From positions 576,767 to 640,766 of the forward strand of contig RHPI01002990.1 of NCBI GenBank assembly GCA_009103225.1: 64,000 nucleotides of DNA. Direction: 5' to 3'. Origin of the DNA: Chlorokybus atmophyticus. Lineage: Eukaryota > Plantae > Mesostigma and Chlorokybus algae. Position numbers and translations under genes: made by a program. Every line of letters starts with the position of its first letter. The stretch's first letter is position 1. The notes beneath the pieces were generated by a model that had not been told where the DNA came from, searched no databases, and was given only the letters and a program-made list of their open reading frames with translations. Below are positions 1 to 11,994 of the stretch, one piece after another.

Positions 1-412
1 TAACCACTAATTGTGCCGCAATTGCACCAAATCCCTAGCAGTTTTTGGTCGCCGTTGGTAGGCGGTTGCCGCTGAGATATTTTTCAGCATCTTTTACGCA
101 TCTTTGCAATGATTGGTTATTTCGCTGCCTTTTTGAGCAACTGGCTGTTGTCACCGTTGCGATCCCATTTGATCAATCTCATGCGTGACCAAATGGTGGC
201 ATAAGGATGCAATTTTTCGTTTAGTTGAATCTTAACGTTAAGGTAATTCAGGTTAGCATTATTTTGCTGGTCGTAACCTCGGCATTATTTACTTAGTATC
301 GCAGCACGTACCGTGGCGTGAACGTTACGTTGATTATTAAGTTTTGAAACACTTAACAGCATTTGCTAATATCGCACCATGTTGCACCATATCGCCGCAT
401 ATGTTATCATAT
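1..412. repeat. Dispersed repeat, part of a probable non-autonomous mobile element; second copy at 33683-34090
   Basis: Bases 1-370 align without gaps to 33683-34052 with 21 mismatches by hand count (about 94%); similarity continues to about 412. The window begins inside the element. Confidence 0.92.
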
Positions 413-1074
413 CGCAACATTTTGCTACACATCAGAGATATTGTGCATGTGGATTTGCACCTTTGCACGCCCTCATTGCTGGACTCAAAACTCAAAACTC
501 AAAAACATCCCCAAGTTATGGCACTTGACCCTGGTACTTAATGTATTATCTTAATACATGTGGGACATGTTCAGATCATATAAGCCATGTGAAACCATAT
601 GCCGCCAAATGTGCACTATATTCTCCTCATTTTTTGCAATATATATTATATACATATATTATATATAATATATATATATATATATTATATGTATAAAAGG
701 TCACATGTAACATATAGATTATGCACATAAAATTATATATTTATATAACATAGTATATTATTATATGCATATAAAGTGTATAATGCTATGTATCATTTTA
801 TGATATATATGTATATCATTTATTTATATATAATGTAATGTATGTATGATATAAGATTACTCATGTATAAGTGCGTACATATCATATAAATTTTGCACTT
901 ATGATACATATATATATCTTATTGCTATAAATTACAATGCATAATATTATATGTAGTCATAATTGCATATAGTTATCAGGAACATCAATAAAGTATACAG
1001 AGTTCGCATATATTTTGAGCAGTTGCATGACATGGGGATGAGCTTTGGACGGTCGAGATTGTGTTGACAGAGTG

Positions 1075-1249
1075 AACGGCCGATAGCTAATAATTGCCGC
1101 CTAGCCAATGAGAGGCAGGCGGGCCGCGCATACCGCGCAGCCCGGCAGTCGCGGGTGCCGTATGTCACTGATGGCCTGATGGTGTGTGTCTTGTGCCTAA
1201 TGCCGGCCGGCCGGCCGGCCCAATCACACGCCCAATCAGCCGCACCGCT
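1075..1249 (+). repeat. GC-rich dispersed repeat carrying CCAAT boxes (copy 1 of 3)
   Basis: Shared AGCCAATGAGA(G/A)GCAGGCGGGC...GCCGGCCGGCCC..CCAAT block; other copies at about 34260-34396 and 35783-35969. Confidence 0.88.
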
Positions 1250-1849
1250 CGTTATTGTTGTAATCATGTTATAAAGTTATTGATTCAAGCTGTGCAGTAT
1301 GCCAATTGGAGGCATTGGTATCACATTTATAACTCGGTAATGTGCTTCATAATCGAACCTGCATTAAGCGACTTTTAAACGCATGACTTCATGAGCTATA
1401 GTTACTACTGCTGATGGTCAACAAAATATATTCTGCTGATATATGCTGCAGTAGTATTACGTTTACGGTCAACATGCTGCAATTGATGTTGAAAGACTCC
1501 ATTGCGTGACGACGTTTATGCTGCCATGTTGGTCTGGGGCAGTGCCATCCGCGGACTTTGCGTGACAGCGAAGTGTATTAACGTCGACGATGGTCAAGCG
1601 TCGTTCGATCTGCGGAGATTGGCGTTTGAACCGACAGCCGACATGTCGACGGTTGCTTTGACCAGACTCTAAACTGGTGCAGGGCGCGAGACACCAAGGC
1701 AGGCGTACCAGGCCACGGGACACGCCAGGCCAGGCCAGGGCATGAAAGGTGGCAGATGAGAGCGCTAGTCACGGTGTTGTGTCATTGTGGAGAGAGGTGC
1801 TAGGAGGAAGGAGCGTGCAGCATTGCCACACTGGGTGAGCTAGGTGAGC

Positions 1850-1850
<1 letters not shown>

Positions 1851-1917
<67 letters not shown>
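1851..1917. repeat. (AC)n microsatellite
   Basis: Uninterrupted AC run read directly. Confidence 0.99.
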
Positions 1918-1922
<5 letters not shown>

Positions 1923-2222
1923 GTAATCTGCCTGCCACTTCTCTTCTTACAAGAGGGTGAGCAGAGAAGTTGCACACATGCACGTGCGTGACTTCCGGCA
2001 CACACTTCCTCTATGTGTGCCACAAACACGGTGCGTGCACGTGTGTGATAACTTGCCACTGGTAAGGTAGAACCCGCGCATCTGTTTGTAACTTCTAGTC
2101 TAGTCTTCATGCAGCAGCAAGTACATCGACTGCTCACCGAACAATGTCCCTGAGAAGAAAAACTCACGCGAACTAACACGTACCACCCACCTTCCAGCAG
2201 ACAATCTTCTCTACGTCAAGCC

Positions 2223-5200
2223 ATGAAGCACCTTGTCCTCCTCCTCCTTGTCCTCATCACACCCAACTCCGTCACGGCCTTTCCCCCCCAACTATCAGGC
2301 CGCGTGTTCTGCGACGCGTGCGCCACGGGCCTGGCGATGGGATCCTCGACGACAACAACAACAACAGCGACAGCAAATGCAAGCAACGAGAGGGCGCCTG
2401 GGATTGAGGGAGCGGTGGTGCTGGTGCGGTGCTTGGATGATACGGGTGAGCAAGGGAGGGGGTGTACATACATGTGTGACAGAGGGAGAGGGAAAGAGGG
2501 AGAGAGGGAAAGAGGGAAAGAGCTAGTGCTAGGGAGTGTGTGAGGGAGTGCTTGGATGAGTGAGTGAGTGTATGCGTGAGAGAATGGGTGAGTGGGTGGG
2601 TGGGTTAGTCATTGCCTGAAGCATTGGTAAGTGGTTGGGTGAGGGAGTGAGTGCGTGCATGGGAAAGAAAGGTAAGTGCGTGAGTGGGTGAGTGAAAGGG
2701 TTGGTGATTGAAAGATTGAAAGAGTGGTTGGATTAAAGAGTCGGGGAATGAGTGAGTGAGTGAGTGAGTGGGTGGGTGGGTGCAGCGAGCGAGTAGGAGG
2801 AGAGCGTGTATGTGCATGTCTGTGCAAGTGCACTTACACGCGCGCACACATTTGGTTCACACATTGAAAGATTGGGTTGATGGATGAGTGAAAGCGTGGG
2901 TGAGTGAGTCGGGAGGTGGTTGCAAAAGCAGTGAGTGATTGAGTGAGTGACTGCGTGCACGTAACTGGATTGTGCCGCGAACCGGCAGCACAAACAGACA
3001 ACCCGCATGCACGCACACGCACACGCACACACACTTGTCCCCTCTCCCATCTCCTTCAGGCCAGCTTCTCCTTCAGCGCTTCCCCCGCACCGACTCCTTT
3101 GGCTTCTGGTCCGCTACCGTCTTGTCCCAGGACCAGCTCTCTCCGTCTCGTCGCCTCGCCAACTGCACCGCACGCGCATACATCAGCAACACACCCACAT
3201 GCAGCCTCGCCAGCCCTTTACAATGCGGCCGCATAGCCACCGTTACACCCGACACGTTGTCACCGGGTGCCAACATAACTTTAACAGACTTGTGCTTCGC
3301 CAAAGCGGGGCCGGTTGGACAAGAGTGTGTTGGGGTCGAGTTGTATGGTGAAGTGGCGGTAACTGATGTGATCCAGTTTAAAACGGCTCTCGGGATGCTT
3401 AACCCACAAAGACCTCGGTTAGCACTCAGCCAAGTAAACCTGCCTTCACTGAGGGCCTATTGCGATGTCGCCGTGACCCGAGCCGGGATCGATATCGCCG
3501 CGATACAAGATGATATCTCTCTTGGGTCCGGTGGGCAACAGCAACAACCCAACATTGAAGCTGCCGTTGCTTGGATGTGTGCAAGCACGCTGGCTTCCGC
3601 TACCAACGCTGTAACAAAACCAAGAGTCCTGTCCGGTGATGCCATGGCGATATCAAGGGCGCTGCTCGATAGAGTTACTCTTGTCGCGGGGGCGTGGCTG
3701 GTCGACGGCGATATCGCCAAGAGGGACGCTGTCAAGGCGGATTTGGCTTATATCGCAGCCTTGCCTGCCACAAAGTGGAACGACAATGGTAACTTGGATT
3801 CCGGATATCTACCGGTAGCGCAGTTTCTGGAAGCGGCCAGCTTTGGGTTCGATTGGATGTATGGGGAGCTTACGACTGCTGAAAAAGATGCGGTCTGGCA
3901 GGTGAGTGGGATTGAGTTATGTCTGTTAGCGTGTGACTGAGCCTGAATGTGCGCATGTTACTGTGTCTGTGCGTGCACACGCCGTTGCGGGTGGTGCAAT
4001 ACAACGGGCACGTTCGTGTAATCACCAAGCCATGGACTCATTTAACAGGGCGTGAGAGACAAGGCCTTCATCCCCGCTCTGACCTACAACCCGTCGGGCG
4101 TCAACTTCAACGACTTCATCCTCGCGATGAACGCGGACGTCACGCGCACCCACGCGACGCTCAACAACCTAAACTACTTCCTCCAGCTCAAGAACAACAT
4201 CCGCACCAACGTAATGTCGGCGTACGTCATAGGCGCACTGGCGTTCGCGGAGTACAACATGACCATGGCGGACCAGGTGAGACGCTGGTTGTCTCAACGG
4301 TGGTATCATCGCTGCAAAGTCGTTATTGTCAACGCAATCTGAGTATACGTGTGTGAGTGCGTGCGTATGTGTGTGCGCGAGCTTGAATGCTTGTGCGTGC
4401 ACGTGCGCGTGGGGGGGGNNNNNNNNNNNNNNNNNNNNNNNNNNNNNNNNNNNNNNNNNNNNNNNNNNNNNNNNNNNNNNNNNNNNNNNNNNNNNNNNNN
4501 NNNNNNNNNNNNNNNNNNNNNNNNNNNNNNNNNNNNNNNNNNNNNNNNNNNNNNNNNNNNNNNNNNNNNNNNNNNNNNNNNNNNNNNNNNNNNNNNNNNN
4601 NNNNNNNNNNNNNNNNNNNNNNNNNNNNNNNNNNNNNNNNNNNNNNNNNNNNNNNNNNNNNNNNNNNNNNNNNNNNNNNNNNNNNNNNNNNNNNNNNNNN
4701 NNNNNNNNNNNNNNNNNNNNNNNNNNNNNNNNNNNNNNNNNNGCACATAGGAGAATACGTGTGCGCGTGCGTATGAGAGAGTGAGCGTGTGTGCATGCAT
4801 GACTGTGCGCCACGTGTACATGCATGCGTACGTGCGCTCACACATATGTCTCCACGCAGATCCTCCAGCTCGCCCTCCCCGGTCTCGCCTCCTCCGTCTC
4901 CCTCTTCTCCCCAACGGGCGCCTGGGCAGAGGGCGCGACGTACCTGTCGTACGTGGGGATGAGCCTGTCGTACGCGCTGGCGTCGCTCGAGGGCGCGCTG
5001 GGGACCGACTTCGGGATTGGACTCAGCCCGGCACTACGATCCGCAGCTTATTTCAGGTAGGAGAAACAAGTAAAGCAAGCAAGGTTGTGTAGATGCTGGA
5101 AACCACGAACGTTGAACGTGACACACACACACGCGCACGCGCACGCACGCACGCACGCACGCATGAGTAAGTCACTTGAAGACTAAGTGTTGACGGTCTT

Positions 5201-8200
5201 CAGAGGCAACAGCTAGTGCACTGCTCTTACCTGCAGTAACTAATCAAGGACCTTCAAGAGAATACAGAGTAGAGTAGAGAGTACAGCCAAAAGCAGTTGG
5301 TTGTCAACTTTGGGTGTGTGAGATATCAGACACCCAACTGACTGATCTGTTTCCCCCCCTTGCCCCAGGTTCCACATGGTGTCTCCCCTCTCCCAGTCCT
5401 TCAACTACGCGGACGCCTCCCCCTCCCTCCTCTCCGCGCAGCTGTCGTACTACCTCGCCCGGAGGCTGCGGGACCCGTACCTCGCGGTGACGGAGGCGGG
5501 GATGCTGCAGACGGGAGGGGCGTTCAGACTGCTGTGGTAGGGAGGGAGTGTGTACTTCTTGGCACCGCGTGTGTGTACGCACGCATGTGTTGCTTTGGCG
5601 CATATGTTTGGTGGACTTGTATGTATGTGTCTGTGCGTGCGTGCGTGCGTGCGTGTACTTCTCTGCGTGCGCGTATGTGAGTGCCACGCACGCACTATAT
5701 GACTCACACTTACACTCCCTCCAGGCTTGTGCCCGACATCTGGGAGGGTTCCCCCGGTCCCGCTCAGCCCTTAGACTCCCGCTTCACGGGTTACAACGCC
5801 GACATCGCCTTCATGAGGACAGACTGGTCCTCCTTCTCCTCCTCATCGCCATCATCGTCAACAGCCTATCTCGCTGTCAAGGGCGGAAGCAACCCTGCCA
5901 AGCCGGGAGGGCACCAGCACCTGGACCTTGGCTCCTTTGTGTTTGAGAGCATGGGACAGAGGTAGATTGAGGATGGTATTGTTGATGGTGATGACAACGG
6001 TGATGGTGATGGTGATGATAGTGTTGGGTGTGTGGTGAAGCTTGGTGTGTGACGACAGGTGGTTTGTGGACTTGGGCAATGAGAGCTACGCGGCTCCGGG
6101 TTACTTTGGTGCCAACAGGTAGGGTATGATGCTGTGAGGGTGTGGGTGTGGGTGGGTGCGCGTGCTTGCATGCATGCGTACGCACATATGTGCGCCTGCT
6201 TGGGTTGGTGGGTGCACGTCATTTGTCACAGGCGTGCGCACACACAAACACACGTACACAACACCAAGTACAACAAGCACTAAAAAACAAAAACCAAGGA
6301 CCAAACCTTGACAATACCGCACTCAACAATATTTCCATGGCACAGGTTCTCCTACTACCGCGCTCGTACCGAGTCCCACAACACCCTCTCCCTCTCCCCT
6401 TCCGCCTCTCCGCTCCTCCCCCTCCAGCTCCCTTCCCAATCCCTCTCCTCCTCTGCTCCAATCCTCGTCCTGCTCTCGACCCCAACGCGCTCCCACGCCG
6501 TACTGGACCTGACCCAAGCATGGACTAGTAGTGTATCAGGACTGAAGTCAGTCAGGAGAGGGACGGCTTTGTTGAAGGATGGGATGGGTAAAGGTGTGAG
6601 ACTCCTTGTCCAGGATGAGGTTGTGCCTGGGGGGAGTAGTAGTGCAGTCAATGCAGTTCAGATGTATCACACGTTGGCGAGTGTGGTTGTGTCTTCTGAT
6701 GGGAAGGTGGCTACTTTGAGCTTGGGGTTGGGTGTGTTGTATGGGAGGGTGTTGAGTCCTGCCGGGGCGGGGTTTGTTGTGTGGGGTGCGGACCCGAACG
6801 CAAGAGTGGACGCGAAGCTGCAGGAGTCGGCTAATGAGGGAGTTGTGAACCTTGTTGTGAGGCTGAGTAGCCCTGTAGCGGTGGCTACAACAATTGCGGT
6901 GGTGTGGGGACCGGACCGTACCCAAGACCCTCCACAGGCGGGTCACTATACCACACACATACACGCGTACACACACATACACAGACTGTTGCACTGACTG
7001 TCTAATACAAAACCAACGTACACATCTCTCAGGTTACTTCCCTCCAAGCCTGGTTGATCGAGGTCTGCGATGGTCTCGACAACGACGGTGACGGTCTCGT
7101 CGACAACGCCGTTGCCGGCAACCCCGCACCATTAACAATGTCCTGTGCGGCGGGGTGCCGGACGGGAGTGAGGACGTGCGTGGGGGGAAGCTTTGCAGAA
7201 TGCAGCGCTGTTGCTGGTGTGGAAGTGTAAGTGAAGAGTGTGTTGGGGAGTGATTTGGGGGGTGAGAAGGGGGAGGAGTGGGGTTGAGTATCTGAACTTG
7301 GTGTGTAGGTGTAATGGCGTTGATGATGACTGTGATGGAGTTGTTGATGACCCTCCAAGCAACGGCAACCCGCAGCTGAACTGCGCTGCAGGCTCCTTGT
7401 GCTTTCAGGTACGTATCACCTCATGGCAACCAACAAGTGCAACAACACTACGACACATATTGTCACATAGAACATGACAACGCTTTGCAGGGTGCGTGTG
7501 TCCCTGCAGCTGCAAGCAGCAGCTCCGCATCAGCCCCAATCGTCCCGCTCGGGTCCACATGGCAGTACCTACAGCTGACAAACAGCATCACCGACGCCTG
7601 GAAGTACCCAAAGTAAGTCTCTCACCACTCGTGTCGCTGTGGCATACACACACGCACAGACCGCTGTGTTCGCATGCGGGTGCGCGTGTGCGGGTGCCGC
7701 TGCCATCACACGTGTGTGCGTGTACGCGCCCATGTTCAAGTGTGCACTTAAGATGCGTGTTTGTGTACTCAATCAAAGTGTTGCCACCAAACAACACCTG
7801 TCTGTCACAGCTACGACGTCTCCCTTTGGTCCTCCGGCCCTTCTCCCCTCGGCACCTCTTCTTCCTCCTCTTACCCTCTCTCCACTCTCATCTCTCCCCA
7901 ATCCCTCTCTCTCACCAGCAACCAACTCAGCTCCACTTCCTACTTCACCCGCGACTTCATCATCCCAAAGAGCGCAGGGACCCTCGTCACATCACTCGAC
8001 CTGCAACTACTTGTGCAGATGGGAGCTGTGGTGTATATGAATGGAGTGGAGTTGTTGAGAGTTAATGTGCCGGATGTGAGTATTGGAGTGGATGACTCGG
8101 AGATACTCGCGGTCGTGTATAATAAAGCGCTCACGGCGTCACCGCTAACACTCGCAAACTTTACCATACCCGCCACGGCACTGATTGTAAGTGGCTGGCT

Positions 8201-9441
8201 ATGCTGGTTGAGTGGCAATTAACTGCTTTGTAAACCACTGATGCATCGTTGATGAGGGAGTCTCTTTTGTTCAGGTTGGTAGGAATAGGCTGGCTGTGGA
8301 GGTGCACAAGGACTCGCCCACTCGCAACCTTCTGATGGAAGCGAGTCTCAGCCTCACGAGCACTGCGTGGGCGTGTCCAATAGGGACAACATCATGCGTG
8401 CGAAGGTATGCATGCATGCTTGAACAAGCATTGCTTCAGTAATCAATTGCCTCTGCTGATATTCATGCATGTGTTTTCAGTACTGGTTTCTTGAGCGTGT
8501 TTAAGACGGGAGCCACATGGTCTTACTCCGATGCGTACGCGTGGGTCCCGAGCTCCGATTGGTATACCAGTAACTACAACGACTCCTTATGGTCAACAGG
8601 TCCATCCCCATTGGGTTTCTATGGCAAGGTGCCCATCTCATCACAAACAATTATCAACCACCCGCGCACGACTTACTTCCGGCGTTGGTTCACGCTACCC
8701 AACGCGGGGTGCTTCCACACGCTGTCTGCGCGCTTGCGTCTGCGTGATGGGTTCATATTGTATGTTAATGGGGTTGAAGCTATAAGATCAAATGTACCGG
8801 GAGGGTATGTGGACTCGAGCTCGGTAGCAACGGAAGTGCGGGACACAACTACCTTTAATGAGTACAGGCAAGTGTCATTAGTGTTGATGAGTTTGGTGTT
8901 TTACTGTCAGTGAGGGCTTGTGATGGGGAGACTGATTGTTAGCATGACGTGCACAGGTTTGCAGCAAGTTTGTTGACAAGAGGTGGAGTTGGCACGCGGC
9001 ACTTGATCGCCATTGAGGTGCATCAAGTGGCGAACATCAAACCACCTTTCAATGACTTTGATATGGAGCTTGGTGTCAGCGCCGATGCCACATGCTTGAG
9101 CAAGTACGTACGTGCTTTCTGCATGTGCGTGAGCGCATGTGTGCGTATTTGTCGCATGCACGCGTGTGCACAGACATGATATTACACTGGCTAGAATGTG
9201 TGCGCTTGTTTGCACGGCTACATGCGTGCGTGCACATATGCGGACATGTTGATGTGTGCGTGTAGTCCAGTTTATTGGCATGTGTTGTCAGCACAAGTCA
9301 GTACAAGCTGTTACAAGCAAGACATGTTGACTAACTATGTATATGCATGTAGGGTTGGCGGTGTTGCAGGGGGGCTACAAGTATTTAGCCCTTATTGAGG
9401 CCCTTGCCCAAAGTCATCGTTATGCACCATGTTGTACATAA
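2223..9441 (+). CDS. Multi-exon secreted mosaic protein: Ole e 1-like domain, heparinase II/III-like (alginate/oligo-lyase type) module, 2 MopE-like motifs, 2 bacterial-type beta-sandwich domains
   Basis: Phase-consistent exons 2223-2445, 3060-3901, 4049-4276, 4860-5056, 5369-5536, 5725-5961, 6059-6118, 6346-~6937, 7033-7226, 7309-7408 and further exons to about 9.4 kb. Signal peptide MKHLVLLLLVLIT; GRVFCDAC..IEGAVVLVRC..TDSFGFW..NCTA; FGFDWMY; GAWAEGATY; FNYAD; KGG..GHQHLDLGSF..GQRWFVDLG..Y..PGYF; ESHNTL; EVCDGLDNDGDGLVD and EVCNGVDDDCDGVVD; TWxY..W..YxxSLWSxGPSPLG..TxYFxRxF..GxxxYxNGVE twice. The last exon and stop codon are uncertain. Confidence 0.8.
4419..4742. other. Assembly gap (N run) inside an intron
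   Basis: 324 N preceded by a G8 run; the flanking exons (ending 4276, starting 4860) join in phase 0. Confidence 0.97.
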
Positions 9442-9534
9442 ACAAGCAAGTGTATAGATATTTATTGAGATTGATGCTGGATACAACTACTGTAGGAACC
9501 AAGTTGTCGTATTTGATGGCACAGGGTCGTATCT

Positions 9535-11834
9535 TTATCTAGACACGCACACCTCTATGTGAGTTGTGAATTTCATGTAGCTTGCAGCTTGCGCTAACAG
9601 GCGCAGACTCAGCGCAAGATCAGTCTTCAGCTTAACCAGAAACCTGTCGTCTGCGGATGGCGCCAGCAGCTTTGGACAAACGAATGTGATCACCTGGCCA
9701 TTGTGTGTCAATAGCATGTAACGGCACTCGCAAAGGTTCTCAAATGCACGCACTTACGCAATGCTCGCGCACACCGCACATGCACGCGCTCACCAGCAGA
9801 TCTCACCTGCAAAGGTCGAGGCCTGCTTGGACGGTCCTTGTCCTGGCTTTCGCACAGGTTGGCATGGGCGATTGCCCCCTGGACGTGGTCCTGTCCAAGG
9901 ATGGTGTACAAAACATTTTGAGCGAGCCTCTTGATGTGCTTGTGAAGATATTGTTTGAACACAGCGGGCAGACACACAGAGAATTGTCTTTGCCTCTCTG
10001 CGTGTGTGTAAATGATGCAGCATGCGTGCCCTTGCTTACACCTGCAATACACGAAGCATATGACTTTCGGTTGGCTGTCGGTGTGTTGAGGGAGCTTCAC
10101 TGACAGAGTGTATGCACCTGCGGGAGAAGTTGAGTAGATTATCAAGTACTTGCCCTTGTTGGAAGGCAGGTTGGTGACTGTGGTGGGGATGCGCACAGTT
10201 CGCGTACCATGCCGAGTCAGCTGTGTATGCACATGCGTGCATTTGTGCGTGCGTGATTGTGCAATGGTGTGTATGTGTGTGTGTGTGTGTGGCCGGGAGG
10301 GGCATAAGCAGTTATGCCAATACTGACACATACACATGAGCACACGTGCGTGCATGTGCATGATTGTGTGTGCACTTGTGCCATGGGGACACCACCAAGT
10401 GCAAACCCATACACGCGCGTGCATTGGAATATGTTAACGTCGCAATGCGCCTACTTACTACACTACAAACAACAATGCTACCATGGTTGCACAATCCCTA
10501 ACAAACTCTACAGCCACTACCAATCACTATCAGTCACTGCACAAACTAAAAGATCTGTCAGCCACACCTCAATCTCCTCACAGCCTCACAAGTACGTACT
10601 AGTGATATGCTGTGTTTTTGGCGTCATTGCAGGCATCATCACCATAGAACCTGCTACACTTTGGAGCGCTTTGTGCTGCAGCATCAAGGCTGTGAGGCGC
10701 TCCAAAGTCTGGCGGGTTCTATGTTGTTGATGCCTGTAATGACACCAGCAGAAGCACAGCAACCACTGCGCGTGTATTCCACACAAGTATTTGTAAGCAT
10801 GCAGCTATGGTGACGACCATTGCACGTCTTTGCGTCGATTCAATGGCATTTAAGTGTAACAACAGGACGCACGACCTGCAACCAAGGCCACACCAACAAA
10901 CATACGAGCAGAACAATTGACACATTCAACCACCCATGTCAGCATGATAGTACCACGCACCTTACGTTCCCGGCGGAACGTGACATCCATGACGACAACA
11001 TCCCTAGCTGTGGCGTCCAGCACAGCTTTGGTGCTTCGGTAACCAAAGGACTCCAGGCCACTTTTCAGGCCACGTTCCATACCTGACCCAATGCGCCAAA
11101 GCCCCCCNNNNNNNNNNNNNNNNNNNNNNNNNNNNNNNNNNNNNNNNNNNNNNNNNNNNNNNNNNNNNNNNNNNNNNNNNNNNNNNNNNNNNNNNNNNNN
11201 NNNNNNNNNNNNNNNNNNNNNNNNNNNNNNNNNNNNNNNNNNNNNNNNNNNNNNNNNNNNNNNNNNNNNNNNNNNNNNNNNNNNNNNNNNNNNNNNNNNN
11301 NNNNNNNNNNNNNNNNNNNNNNNNNNNNNNNNNNNNNNNNNNNNNNNNNNNNNNNNNNNNNNNNNNNNNNNNNNNNNNNNNNNNNNNNNNNNNNNNNNNN
11401 NNNNNNNNNNNNNNNNNNNNNNNNNNNNNNNNNNNNNNNNNNNNNNNNNNNNNNNNNNNNNNNNNNNNNNNNNNNNNNNNNNNNNNNNNNNNNNNNNNNN
11501 NNNNNNNNNNNNNNNNNNNNNNNNNNNNNNNNNNNNNNNNNNNNNNNNNNNNNNNNNNNNNNNNNNNNNNNNNNNNNNNNCCCCCAATCCCAAATGCCAG
11601 CACGGCCATACCTGCCACGAACCGCAGCGACCCAATCGACTCTGGATTGTTGCTCTGCTTCCGCAACCCTCTAAACTGCTGTGCAGCAACCCCAGGTGTG
11701 CCGCCGCCGTCGTCGCTGTTGCCGCCGCTGCTACTGCTGCCAGCAGCCTGCACATGGCTGCGGGCGGAAAGAGCCCTGCGCCGGTTTAACGGTCGCTCAG
11801 CGCTACTGTCACTGTGGTGGTGGCGTGGCATCAT
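9535..11834 (-). CDS. Tentative uncharacterised multi-exon gene, head-to-head with ADA1
   Basis: Phase-compatible exon candidates: ~11834-11614 (MMPRHHHSDSS..SLRFVA), ~11084-10963 (GMERGLKSGLESFGYRSTKAVLDATARDVVVMDVTFRRERK), ~10220-10121 (LTRHGTRTVRIP..KGKYLIIYSTSPA), ~9991-9807 (ERQRQFSVCLPAVFKQYLHKHIKRLAQNVLYTILGQD..RPRPLQ), 9693-9553 (VITFVCPKLL..KFTTHIE). No family recognised; one intron contains an N gap. Confidence 0.42.
10601..10767 (+). ncRNA. Long imperfect fold-back; candidate pre-miRNA/hairpin RNA (or tiny fold-back element)
   Basis: 10620-10669 is the reverse complement of 10697-10746 with 7 mismatches in 50 nt, 3 of them G:U pairs on the + strand; pairing extends outward (GCTGTG/CACAGC, AGTG/CACT) and into the loop. 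Confidence 0.45.
11108..11580. other. Assembly gap (N run)
   Basis: 473 N flanked by C runs on both sides. Confidence 0.97.
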
Positions 11835-11994
11835 CCTCCCCACGACCGCCACTCACCACACCGCCGCCGCCGCCGCCAACCCCCGCCATGAGCACACCAT
11901 CAACAAACCTGCCAAGAGCATCAAGCAAGTATGAGTTAAGAGTCAAGCTGTAGGGAGAATTCTGTTCACTGGACGTTAGCTTGGGCGGCTCCAC

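Noticed and set aside
2550-2960. (GAGT/GGGT)n-rich tract as a CRISPR-like or structured array
   Set aside because: Degenerate tetranucleotide intron repeats with no repeat-spacer periodicity, in a eukaryotic intron.
4169-4914. ORFs spanning X runs (also at 10850-11852 and 58672-59224)
   Set aside because: Open only because N gaps contain no stop codons.
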